A stretch of DNA of 41,998 nucleotides from an uncultured Atopobiaceae bacterium. GTDB lineage: Bacteria; Actinomycetota; Coriobacteriia; Coriobacteriales; Atopobiaceae. The position numbers and the translations under genes were made by a program. Where the stretch lies: NCBI GenBank assembly GCA_900770865.1, contig CAAGLU010000323.1, positions 1-41,998 on the forward strand, read 5' to 3'. Under the pieces are notes generated by a model. That model saw only the letters and a list, made by a program, of their open reading frames with translations. It did no database searches and was not told the origin of the DNA. This document shows, piece by piece, positions 1 through 7,874 of this stretch; the stretch's first letter is position 1; each line of letters begins with the position of its first letter.

Positions 1-910
1 AGACCTTCGATATGTCCATCTCGTTCACCTGAACCGAGACCGTCATCTGCGAGAGGTCGCCAATGGTGATGAGCGCGCCCGCAGACCCGGCGGCAGACGT
101 TGCCGTGGCGGCGGCTCCGGCTCCTGCGCCGGAGCCATCCGCCGCCCCTTCGACGGCGTTCATGACCACAATCGTCCCAGATGTGGGAGCCGTGACCGTG
201 CGCTTGCCTGCGGTGGCAACGGCGTCGTCGTAGGCCGATTGGGCCGTCTCAAGCGAGAGCTGTGCAGCGTCGACGGCATCGGCGGCGGAGTTCACCGTGG
301 CGAGGTCCGTCTGGTCCGCGTAGTAGGCGTTGTAGGCGGTGGTGTAGTTGTCCTTGGCAGAGGAGAGCTGCGTCTTTGCCGAGCGTAGCTGGATGTCCGC
401 CTCGCGAACGGCCTTGTCCAGGGAGTCGTTGCGGATGGTAAGCAGGGTTGTGCCGGCCTCCACGTAGTCGCCCTCGCTGACGAACACCTCGGAGATGATG
501 CCGTCCACCTCGGGCGTTACCACAACGGAGCTCACGGGCTGGACATTGCCGGAAGCCTTGACCTCATCCGTGAACTCGCCTCGCATTACGGGCGTAGTCT
601 GGATCGAGGGACCCTCGGGGACGTTCGCGCTTTGCTGAGAAGTCACAGTCCAAACGAGAACGGCGACAACCGCGCATGCAGCAACGACGCCAATGATGAT
701 GTTCCTGCGGCGGCGCCTCTTGCGGTGGGTGAGGAGACTCTCCATGGCGCTGCGGGTCTCCTCGTCCTCCTCGCTGTTCTCGTCAGGCAGGGGAGGCAGG
801 GCATTGGGGGAATCCCCAGAGATGACGGGGAGAGTGTCAAGCGGATGATCTGCCGGCGTGGTCTTGCTTGGTTCACCGAGGTCGTTGGTGTGGTCGGTCT
901 CCTGGGACAT
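1..910 (-). CDS. Host efflux/ABC transporter periplasmic adaptor (membrane fusion protein, HlyD/MacA-like); runs off the window edge
   Basis: Manual translation from ATG 910 (AGGAGG RBS upstream): MSQETDHTND...RKRRRRRNIIIGVVAACAVVAVLVWTV (basic patch plus TM anchor)...VMRGEFTDEVKASGNVQPVSSVVVTPEVDGIISEVFVSEGDYVEAGTTLL (lipoyl half-motif), followed by an Ala-rich helical hairpin. Absent from the ORF track because no stop lies in the window. Confidence 0.88.
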   Translation of the reverse strand, partial: MSQETDHTNDLGEPSKTTPADHPLDTLPVISGDSPNALPPLPDENSEEDEETRSAMESLLTHRKRRRRRNIIIGVVAACAVVAVLVWTVTSQQSANVPEGPSIQTTPVMRGEFTDEVKASGNVQPVSSVVVTPEVDGIISEVFVSEGDYVEAGTTLLTIRNDSLDKAVREADIQLRSAKTQLSSAKDNYTTAYNAYYADQTDLATVNSAADAVDAAQLSLETAQSAYDDAVATAGKRTVTAPTSGTIVVMNAVEGAADGSGAGAGAAATATSAAGSAGALITIGDLSQMTVSVQVNEMDISKV

Positions 911-1056
911 GCGTCCTCCTCGCCCTAGGGTGCCAAATGGGTTGTGCGGGGTGCTGCCGAGCCTGTGGTGCTGAGTTCGTGACGGTGTCATGCCTGTTCA
1001 ACGCTCTTGTGGAAATGATACCGGCGCATTGCCATCAGAAACCTATCGGCAAGCTT

Positions 1057-1073
1057 ACAAATCTGTAAGCGGC
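1057..1073. repeat. attL core ACAAATCTGTAAGCGGC
   Basis: Identical to 41843-41859 and 72 bp from the integrase stop. Overlaps the inverted repeat GCTTACA-AATC-TGTAAGC (1053-1070). Confidence 0.92.
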
Positions 1074-1145
1074 ATTCAGTAAAACCGCAGGTGGAAGGCT
1101 TGCATAAGAGACTCGCGTCCTTATACGTCCTTAAGCGTCGAAAAA

Positions 1146-2285
1146 TTAGCGGCGCTCCCAGCCCCTGAACGCGCACGCTATCGCCTCGGCGAACACGTCA
1201 ACGTCTGGGCGGAAGTAGTTGACCTCGCCCACGCCCTTTCCCGCGTGCCCCATCATCTTCTCCAACAGGTCGCGGTCCATGTGCATCTCCGAGCGCATGT
1301 TGGTGCGCCATGACGCCCGGAGGTTGCGCATGGGTGCCTCGTCGTGCCCCGCGAGCGCGCCGCCCCTTGCGAACGCCCTGCGCCACGCGGAGTCTATCGT
1401 GTTGCGCCCGACGATTCCGCCAAGCCCGTCATCGCACAGCCACTCGCTGCCGCTCGCCTCCGCCTCGGACACGCGCCCACTCAGCCACAGCGACCAAGGC
1501 TCTGGCACGACCACCCAGCGCGTCGAGGCCTTTGTCTTCGGCGGGCCTATGCGCCTGCCGCGACCGCCGAGTAGCTGCCTCGTCACGTGGGCGCACGCAA
1601 CCGTCATGCCGTTCACGTCGCGGAACTCGAAGTCACCCGGCTTGAGGCCGCACGCCTCCCCGACGCGGCACGAGCCGAACGCCTGCATAACGAACGGCAC
1701 CTCAAGCACGCTGCCCCTCAGCGCGTCTGCCATGTCGGCGCACTCCGAGAGCGGCCATATCTCCTTCGAGCGCTCGTCTACCCTCTCGCTCGTGCGGAAC
1801 TTGGATGCGGCTACGTTCTCCTCGACCAGCCCGTACAGCCTCGCGAGCCTCAGAATCTCGCGCATGACAATCTGCACGCGCTCGCCCATGGCCTTCGACT
1901 TGGTGAGAATCCACTCCTGGTATTCGAGGGGCGTTATCCCAGTCACGGAAACGTCACCCCAGCGCGGCTCGACGTGGGCGCGGTAGACGCCCATGTAGTG
2001 CTCATAGGACTTCGGCTTGAGCGAGCCTTCGCGCAGCCTGCCCTCAAGCTCCGGGACCCAGAACCTCTCCGCGACCTCGGAGACCGTCATCGTGGGCGTG
2101 TCATCCCAGTGCGCGACCTGCCTCTCGGACAGGAACCTCGCGGCCTCCCTGCGGGTCCACGGGCGCGTCATGGAGTGCCTCGCGTAGCCCCTGCCGTCGC
2201 GCTCGTCCGCCATCCACCGCACGCGGTAGACACCGTGGCGCACGCATTCAATCGAGCCGAACGAGCGCCGCTGGCCTTGTGCCAT
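1146..2285 (-). CDS. int: Tyrosine integrase
   Basis: Motifs SCRVGE (Arg), PPKT (Lys), RNLRAS (variant HxLR), MMGH and VNY (Tyr), with an N-terminal arm-binding-like segment. Start moved to ATG 2285 behind a GGGGAGG RBS. Confidence 0.93.
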   Translation of the reverse strand: MAQGQRRSFGSIECVRHGVYRVRWMADERDGRGYARHSMTRPWTRREAARFLSERQVAHWDDTPTMTVSEVAERFWVPELEGRLREGSLKPKSYEHYMGVYRAHVEPRWGDVSVTGITPLEYQEWILTKSKAMGERVQIVMREILRLARLYGLVEENVAASKFRTSERVDERSKEIWPLSECADMADALRGSVLEVPFVMQAFGSCRVGEACGLKPGDFEFRDVNGMTVACAHVTRQLLGGRGRRIGPPKTKASTRWVVVPEPWSLWLSGRVSEAEASGSEWLCDDGLGGIVGRNTIDSAWRRAFARGGALAGHDEAPMRNLRASWRTNMRSEMHMDRDLLEKMMGHAGKGVGEVNYFRPDVDVFAEAIACAFRGWERR

Positions 2286-2394
2286 AATTAACCACCGTCC
2301 TCCCCCTTTTACAGGGGATGGGTCGCTAGCCCGTGGGAGTTGACTTGGCCGGTCGCCCACGGGCGTCTCTGTCTCTCATTACGGTTCTAACGGG

Positions 2395-3342
2395 CTACGA
2401 GTCGGTCCTCGCGTACTGCAGGAAGAAGTCATCGGACACTATCGAGACCCCGCTGCCGCCCACTGCGTACTCCTGCGCCTTCTGCAGCTTGCCAGATGGC
2501 TTGCCGCGCAGGCTCGGGTTGAACTCGAACGAGCCTACAACCAGGTAGTCGAGCGACTTTGTTACGGAGTTCTTGGGCGTAGCGCCCAGGTTCACCGCAT
2601 GTTGGTACGCCTCTGCCCTAGTCATTCCGTCAAGCGTGCCGGTGAAGCAGATGGTTGAGCCGTAGAACGGGTTGGACTCGTCAATCTCGTCAACCGTCTG
2701 CACGATGTCCTCGAACTTGGCCCTGCTCCTTGCCGTCGACTGCTTGGAGAATCCGGCATCCGGGTCTTCTCCGTACCTCTCGACCAGGAGCGGCCTCATG
2801 GTCTCGTAGCAGTACGCCGCTGCCTGCGAGTCTGCGAGGGCGCGGTGCTCCGAGTCAGGAACGTCAATGGACGAGCCGCCCTCCCTCTCGCAGCGCTTGA
2901 CAACCGCGTCCAGCGTCCTCTTCTTGATGTCATCGAACACGTGCCTTGAAATCCTGAGCGTATCCACAAGCTCGTTCTCGAATCCGTGGCCCAGGACGTC
3001 CCGATAGCTCTTGTCGAGGAACCTGGCATCGAAGCATACGTTGTGCCCCACGACGGGGGAGCCGCCTATGAACTCCGAGAGCGACGGCATCACGTCAGCA
3101 GGCACGGGAGCACCCTCAAGCTCCTCGCTCGTGATTCCCGTAAGCTCCTCGATGAAGCTGTCAATCGGGAGGTGGCTTGGCCTGACTAGCGACGAGAAGC
3201 GTTCCGTCACCCTGCCGCCGCTCACGCGAACCGCGCCGACCTCAATAAGGTCGCACCACCGCGTGTCGAGGCCTGTGGTCTCCGTGTCGAGAGCAACGTA
3301 GTCGCTCAGCGCGTCCAGCTTGGTTCTTGTCTTTTTTGCCAT
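2395..3342 (-). CDS. DEDDh 3'-5' exonuclease (DnaQ/epsilon-like) fused to a C-terminal BRCT domain
   Basis: ExoI-III motifs YVALDTETTGL, VGHNVCFD, VDTL and HRALADS. C-terminal CFTGTLDGMTRAEA...GATPKNSVTKSLDYLVVG is a ligase-type BRCT signature. Confidence 0.92.
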   Translation of the reverse strand: MAKKTRTKLDALSDYVALDTETTGLDTRWCDLIEVGAVRVSGGRVTERFSSLVRPSHLPIDSFIEELTGITSEELEGAPVPADVMPSLSEFIGGSPVVGHNVCFDARFLDKSYRDVLGHGFENELVDTLRISRHVFDDIKKRTLDAVVKRCEREGGSSIDVPDSEHRALADSQAAAYCYETMRPLLVERYGEDPDAGFSKQSTARSRAKFEDIVQTVDEIDESNPFYGSTICFTGTLDGMTRAEAYQHAVNLGATPKNSVTKSLDYLVVGSFEFNPSLRGKPSGKLQKAQEYAVGGSGVSIVSDDFFLQYARTDS

Positions 3343-3370
3343 TGCCCCTCCTAATGACGAATCCCTACGC

Positions 3371-3715
3371 CTACGCCGAGCGGCCTATACCAGCCTCAGC
3401 GATGGTCTCCCCCGGATACGCTACGGCAAGTCCGTGAGCGCTTGCCAGAAGCGCAGTCTTGCCGTCTTCTGACATCGAGCGATACAGCCCAGCAAGCTCG
3501 TCAAACCGCTTGTCGCGCTGTGGCGCGTCATTACCCACAAGTTCAGTGAGCGTGCAGCCCAACACCTGAGCGATTGCGGTTGCCTGGTCGAGCGCGATTT
3601 CGTTCTGCCCTGTCTCCCACTTTGCAAGGACCGAGTAAGAGACGCCGATTGCGGCGGCAAGCTCCTTGCGAGACATTCCACTGGCATCCCTGATTTCGCC
3701 GATTCTCGTCTTCAT
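3371..3715 (-). CDS. XRE-family HTH repressor (CI-like)
   Basis: RIGEIRDASGMSRKELAAAIGVSYSVLAKWETG HTH; ATG 3715 has a GGAG RBS; divergent from a second HTH gene. Confidence 0.88.
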   Translation of the reverse strand: MKTRIGEIRDASGMSRKELAAAIGVSYSVLAKWETGQNEIALDQATAIAQVLGCTLTELVGNDAPQRDKRFDELAGLYRSMSEDGKTALLASAHGLAVAYPGETIAEAGIGRSA

Positions 3716-3776
3716 CGCTTGTCTCCAATCTCTACAGTGACAAGCCAATTTTTCCCTTTTAAATCCAAAATTACAA

Positions 3777-3804
3777 TTGACAATTGGACTGTGAAGGCTA
3801 TTCT
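3777..3804 (+). promoter_or_regulatory. Rightward early promoter (PR-like) in the CI/Cro intergenic region
   Basis: TTGACA-16 nt-TATTCT in an AT-rich spacer about 40 bp upstream of cro. Confidence 0.7.
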
Positions 3805-3845
3805 GTACTTGGTTTTGCATTCAGGGGGCAATTTTGGAGGTGAAC

Positions 3846-4070
3846 GTGGACACCAAATCTTTTGGCCATCGACTGCGCGTGATTATGGCAGACCGTGGCG
3901 TATCCGTTGGCGAGCTGGCTGAACGGTCTGGCATCTCGCGTCAGATGGTTGGCAGCTATCTGAACAACGGTGCAATTCCAAGCCTGCAAAACGCCTGCCA
4001 GATTGCAAGGGTCCTCGGAGTGAGCCTGGACGAACTTGCAGTCGAACCGCTCAAAAACGTTCTGAACTAG
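3846..4070 (+). CDS. Cro-like XRE HTH protein
   Basis: FGHRLRVIMADRGVSVGELAERSGISRQMVGSYLN...PSLQNACQIARVLGVSLDEL; GTG 3846 follows GGAGGTG. Confidence 0.88.
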   Translation: MDTKSFGHRLRVIMADRGVSVGELAERSGISRQMVGSYLNNGAIPSLQNACQIARVLGVSLDELAVEPLKNVLN

Positions 4071-4404
4071 CTCCACCTGCACCCTGAAAACCGAAAGCAC
4101 CGCACGGAGACGTGCCCTAGCAGCGAGCCTTGCAAGCGCGATGACCTGCGAACACGGGCTGTGGATGCGTCCACGGGCGCCCGAGGAGCGGTGCGGAGTC
4201 GGCAACGGGCCAAGAAGTCCCGACCGGCGAAAAGAAGCAAGACCGTGCCACCCGCGCGTGTGGCGTGGATTCGCCATGTGGGCCTACTCCGTCCCACCGA
4301 TTGGCGTCTCAAGGACGGCACAAGGCGCTGCCCAAAATTCTCAGCGCCGCCGCCCTGGCCCGCGCCTCACGCGCGGATGGCACGGAAGCGAGAGGGGAGG
4401 GAAG
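4071..4404 (+). ncRNA. Putative structured cis-regulatory RNA or ncRNA after cro
   Basis: 26-bp stem (4243-4268 with 4360-4385) enclosing two further hairpins, plus an upstream multi-stem domain; no ORF with a credible RBS. Confidence 0.4.
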
Positions 4405-4674
4405 ATGAGCAAGAACAACAGCGGCGTCCTCACGGACGCCGGTTTGACGTACTTCGAGCGCAAGCACTTCGCACGGCAATTGGAGGCCATAGGCGTCAGC
4501 ACCTCCGGGCACGAGTTCATGGACCTAGCGGAGATGTCGGAGGCACTTGTCGGCACAAAGCACTCGTACGTAATCGAGGTGCTGCCGAGCTGGCAAGCCC
4601 TGGCCGTGAGGGAGGGCCACGGGAGGCTGGTCTACGTGCCTGGTGCCACCGACAAGAGCCACGACGCGAGCTGA
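4405..4674 (+). CDS. Hypothetical protein (89 aa, MSKNNSGVLTD...)
   Basis: Strong GGGGAGGG RBS before ATG 4405; C-terminal part of track ORF 4141..4674. Confidence 0.6.
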   Translation: MSKNNSGVLTDAGLTYFERKHFARQLEAIGVSTSGHEFMDLAEMSEALVGTKHSYVIEVLPSWQALAVREGHGRLVYVPGATDKSHDAS

Positions 4675-5102
4675 GAGAGCATGTTGGCAACCTTGTCGAG
4701 GTTGAGGAAGACGCTCAGCGCCGCGCTCGCGGCCAGCGCCTTCGCCGCCTGCCTGCGCGAGTATGCGCGCTCATCCTCAATCTCCCTGGCGTGGCGCTCC
4801 TTCTCCTTGAAGTAGTTCCTGCCGTCAGGGGTGAGGTTGCCGTACCAGCCATCCTCCCTGCGTTCGAGCATGCCCTTGTATACCAGCGAGTCGCAGATGC
4901 TCCGCTCAACGTCGTATTGCGGGTCGTACTCGTAGCGCGGAGATATGAGCACGACAATCCCGCCCTCCGTCTGGTTCTCCACCGGGCGTCTCAGCTCTCC
5001 GTTCAGGCGGTGCTCGATGAAGTTCTCGACCATGCCGCCGTTCTGGTAGACCTCCACGAGCCTTTCCAGGAAAAGCTCTTCCTCTTGGTTCAGCTCAATC
5101 AT
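4632..5102 (-). CDS. Hypothetical protein with C-terminal hydrophobic anchor, antisense to the early operon
   Basis: MIELNQEEELFLERL...LTPDGRNYFKEK (winged-helix-like end) followed by ALAASAALSVFLNL; protein-like composition; overlaps the convergent gene by 43 bp. Confidence 0.7.
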   Translation of the reverse strand: MIELNQEEELFLERLVEVYQNGGMVENFIEHRLNGELRRPVENQTEGGIVVLISPRYEYDPQYDVERSICDSLVYKGMLERREDGWYGNLTPDGRNYFKEKERHAREIEDERAYSRRQAAKALAASAALSVFLNLDKVANMLSQLASWLLSVAPGT

Positions 5103-5131
5103 GGCTCGATCCAATCGCAAGGAGGTTCGTG

Positions 5132-5200
5132 ATGATCTGGTGGCTCATCGCCATGTTCCTGGCGGGCGTGCTCGCTGCGCTCGGCAGGGGCTGGAAATAG
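5132..5200 (+). CDS. 22-aa hydrophobic micropeptide MIWWLIAMFLAGVLAALGRGWK
   Basis: AAGGAGG RBS 6 nt before the ATG; one TM helix with a basic end. Below the ORF-track size cutoff. Confidence 0.55.
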   Translation: MIWWLIAMFLAGVLAALGRGWK

Positions 5201-5282
5201 CTTAGCAAATCGGTTCAAGGCAAAAAGGAAAGCCCGCCACCTGGTAGCGCAGGGACGGGCACGACACATGGAAGGAGCCAAA

Positions 5283-6056
5283 GTGTCAAACGAGATTTTA
5301 CCCCAAGTGTTCGACAACCCCGAGTTCGGTCAGCTGCGCGTCATCCAGGGCGAGAATGGCGAGCCGTGGTTCGTGGCCAGTGACATCGCCAAGGCGCTTG
5401 GCTACCGAATGGCGTCTGACATGACGCGCAGGCTTGACGATGACGAGAAGGGTACGCGCTCAGTGCGTACCCCCAGCGGCAAACAGCTGATGACAGTCAT
5501 TACCGAGGCTGGCGTGTACTCGGCAATCCTCGGCTCACAGGTCGAGGGGGCCAAGCGCTTCAAACGCTGGGTGACCCATGAGGTTCTGCCCGCCCTGCGG
5601 CGCGACGGGGCGTACGTGGCGAGCGACGGCACCGAGGATGACTCGACCCTCATGGCGCGTGCGCTCATCGCCGCGCAGCGCACCATCGACCGCAACAACG
5701 CACGCATCGCCGAGCTTGAGCCGAAGGCGCTGTTCGCGGACGCGGTTGCCGCCAGCGACGGCACGTGCCTGGTGGGCGAGCTTGCGAAGATGATGCGCCA
5801 GAACGGCCTGGACATCGGCCAGAACCGCATGTTCGTGCTCCTGCGCGATGACGGGTACCTCGGCAAGTCCGGCAGCAACCGCAACGTCCCGACGCAGATG
5901 GCGATGGACCTGGGCCTCTTCCGCATCAAGGAGACGGCGGTCACGCACAGCGACGGCCACGTGACCATCAACCGCACGCCGAAGGTGACGGGCAAGGGAC
6001 AGCGCTACTTCGTAGAGCGCTACTGCATCAAGAGGAGGCTCCCGGATGCTGGATAG
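5283..6056 (+). CDS. Phage antirepressor (BRO-N plus KilAC/ANT domain)
   Basis: FDNPEFGQLRVI..GEPWFVASDIAKALGY...AKRFKRWVTHEVLPALRRDGAY and PKALFADAV...TPKVTGKGQRYF; GTG 5283 follows AAGGAG. Confidence 0.93.
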   Translation: MSNEILPQVFDNPEFGQLRVIQGENGEPWFVASDIAKALGYRMASDMTRRLDDDEKGTRSVRTPSGKQLMTVITEAGVYSAILGSQVEGAKRFKRWVTHEVLPALRRDGAYVASDGTEDDSTLMARALIAAQRTIDRNNARIAELEPKALFADAVAASDGTCLVGELAKMMRQNGLDIGQNRMFVLLRDDGYLGKSGSNRNVPTQMAMDLGLFRIKETAVTHSDGHVTINRTPKVTGKGQRYFVERYCIKRRLPDAG

Positions 6057-6210
6057 GGCGATTGACTGGGCAGTGGAGCACGACCTTCTGGCCTATGGCC
6101 CGTACGACCAGGTAACCATCACAGACCGCGCGTGGCCGTGGTGCGTGGCTGTAATGGCCGCGCTCGTGCTGCTAGCGGCCTACATCGAGCACGGTACCGT
6201 AATCGTCTAG
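6046..6210 (+). CDS. Small membrane protein (54 aa)
   Basis: MLDRAIDWAVEH...WPWCVAVMAALVLLAAYIEHGTVIV; GAGGAGG RBS; fills the gap between neighbouring genes. Confidence 0.65.
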   Translation: MLDRAIDWAVEHDLLAYGPYDQVTITDRAWPWCVAVMAALVLLAAYIEHGTVIV

Positions 6211-6224
6211 GTTATGGAGGTTAC

Positions 6225-6623
6225 GTGAAGGACAGGAACAGTAGACATAGAGATATGTCAACCGCAGCTCAGGCGGCATATCCGAACGAGCACAAGCCGT
6301 GGTCGAACTCGGAGAAGCGGACCCTGTCTCGCAACCGCAACGAGGGCGCGGACGCGATAGCGGCGATTCTCGGGCGCTCCCCGAACTCGGTGCGCGTGAT
6401 GGCCTCGAAGATGCACGTCTCGCTCAGGGTCTCGCCGGGTGACGTGTGCCCGGTGTGCGGCGTCCACGAGATTAGGCCGCACACCGCAGCCGCGCGCCAC
6501 GGAATGTGCCCCACCTGCTGGACCAAGAAGCTCACCAGCCTCCGCGAGGAGGAGGCGAGCCTGAGGCAGGCCGAGCGCGACTACCAGGCGGCGAAGAAGC
6601 GCGCGCAGAGGAGCGGCCTATGA
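6225..6623 (+). CDS. HTH plus C4 Zn-finger protein, putative transcription regulator
   Basis: KPWSNSEKRTL...AIAAILGRSPNSVRVMASKM (Myb/GcrA-like HTH), CPVC...CPTC and a coiled-coil tail; GTG follows GGAGG. Confidence 0.7.
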   Translation: MKDRNSRHRDMSTAAQAAYPNEHKPWSNSEKRTLSRNRNEGADAIAAILGRSPNSVRVMASKMHVSLRVSPGDVCPVCGVHEIRPHTAAARHGMCPTCWTKKLTSLREEEASLRQAERDYQAAKKRAQRSGL

Positions 6624-7018
6624 GGACGAGGATGTGCCCGCGCTGCGGGAAGCCGGTACCCATCGGACAGCCGTGCCCGAGGTGCGGCGGTGCCAGCAGG
6701 AGGCACGGCACGAGGAGCCGCGAGCAGGAGGGCCGCAGGGCAGAGGAGAACCCCTGGCGCTCGGAGTATTCCAGCGCCGAGTACAGGCGCGCGCGGCAGG
6801 TGGTCATCGAGCGGCAGCAGGGCCGGTGCGCGGCATGCGGGCGCGTGGTGGCCGTGCGCATGGGCAGGCAGTGGCACACGCGCGGTGGAGGCGTCCACCA
6901 CGTGAGGGCGCTCTCCGAGGGCGGCACCAACTCGCCCGAGAACCTCGTGCTGCTCTGCACCAGGTGCCACAACCGCATCGACGCCGAGAGGAGGAGCAAT
7001 GGTAGCAGACCCGATTGA
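6620..7018 (+). CDS. HNH endonuclease (HK97 gp74-like)
   Basis: CPRC...CPRC N-terminus; RCAACG...VHHVRALSEGGTNSPENLVLLCTRCHNRID; ATGA overlap with the upstream gene. Confidence 0.9.
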   Translation: MRTRMCPRCGKPVPIGQPCPRCGGASRRHGTRSREQEGRRAEENPWRSEYSSAEYRRARQVVIERQQGRCAACGRVVAVRMGRQWHTRGGGVHHVRALSEGGTNSPENLVLLCTRCHNRIDAERRSNGSRPD

Positions 7019-7310
7019 CGTCTACCTCAGACAGGTGGACGAGCTTGGCAGGGAGCTTCGCAGGCGTCTGAGCGAGGCTCCCTTGCCATGCGGCAGCAGG
7101 TCGCTGAGCTTCGCGGTTGAGGCCGGGTTGCCTCCCGCGAGGGCATACACGGTGGCGGAGACAGCAAGGTACTCGGGCATTGCTGAAAAGACACTCAGAA
7201 CCGAGCACGAGGCAGGGAGGCTCAGATTTGTGATTCCCAACGGTCATGTGAGGGGCTGTTACATCTCGGTCGACGAGATGGACAGGTGGATGGAGGCGAG
7301 CCAGAGGTGA
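6999..7310 (+). CDS. Excisionase-like HTH DNA-binding protein (HTH_17/MerR-like)
   Basis: AYTVAETARYSGIAEKTLRTEHEAGRLR...ISVDEMDRWM. Confidence 0.75.
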   Translation: MVADPIDVYLRQVDELGRELRRRLSEAPLPCGSRSLSFAVEAGLPPARAYTVAETARYSGIAEKTLRTEHEAGRLRFVIPNGHVRGCYISVDEMDRWMEASQR

Positions 7311-7615
7311 GCGGGATACCACACATCGGCTACCTGGGGCGCGATGCGAGCTACTACGGCCACGTCGCGGGAGGCCCAGGCGAGGTCGGCAGGTTCGGCA
7401 CGTCGCGCGACTCGACGCCGCGCAGGCCAGCTGGCCCTACAGAGAGGACGCTGGGCGAGTCGCACGGCCACCGGCTGGTCATTGGCCGGGACATGGACGC
7501 GTACGACATCGCGCCGCCGCCGCACGGGAGGTTCTACATGGGCAAGGCCAAGAGCGACCTGGACGCCGTGAGCAGGTGGCGCGGCTGGCTCAGGTCGCAG
7601 GGGCTGACTGTGTAA
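7307..7615 (+). CDS. Hypothetical protein
   Basis: GTGA overlap with the previous gene and a GGAGG RBS. Confidence 0.55.
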   Translation: MSGIPHIGYLGRDASYYGHVAGGPGEVGRFGTSRDSTPRRPAGPTERTLGESHGHRLVIGRDMDAYDIAPPPHGRFYMGKAKSDLDAVSRWRGWLRSQGLTV

Positions 7616-7628
7616 AGGAGCGACAGCT

Positions 7629-7874
7629 ATGAACACAAGGACTGATGACGTGCCCGACTTCTACGGCTCGGAGCCGGTGCCGGACGATGGCCTCGACCCG
7701 TGGAGCAGCACAAGATGCACGTTGTGCGACCATGCGAAGCTGTGCCAGTGGCTGGCATGGTACGTGGCAGACATGTGCGGCGAGGATGACCCATACGGCA
7801 TGGCGGCGGACGTGCTCACTGACGGCCACGCATGCGGCGAGTGCACGCTGTACGAGAGGGAGGCGACCGCATGA
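7629..7874 (+). CDS. Cys-rich acidic hypothetical protein
   Basis: AAGGAG RBS; CTLCDH...CGEC motifs; ATGA overlap with the next gene. Confidence 0.65.
   Translation: MNTRTDDVPDFYGSEPVPDDGLDPWSSTRCTLCDHAKLCQWLAWYVADMCGEDDPYGMAADVLTDGHACGECTLYEREATA

Noticed and set aside
1021..1145. tRNA or tmRNA gene as the integration target
   Set aside because: No cloverleaf, T-loop or CCA end near either att site; the target appears intergenic.
632..1176. Short track ORFs at the left end
   Set aside because: They overlap the real host gene (1-910, minus strand) or the att/promoter region.
4161..5132. 323-aa plus-strand ORF and the N-terminal half of ORF 4141..4674
   Set aside because: R/P/A-rich with no RBS; they overlap better-supported ORFs and the structured non-coding region.
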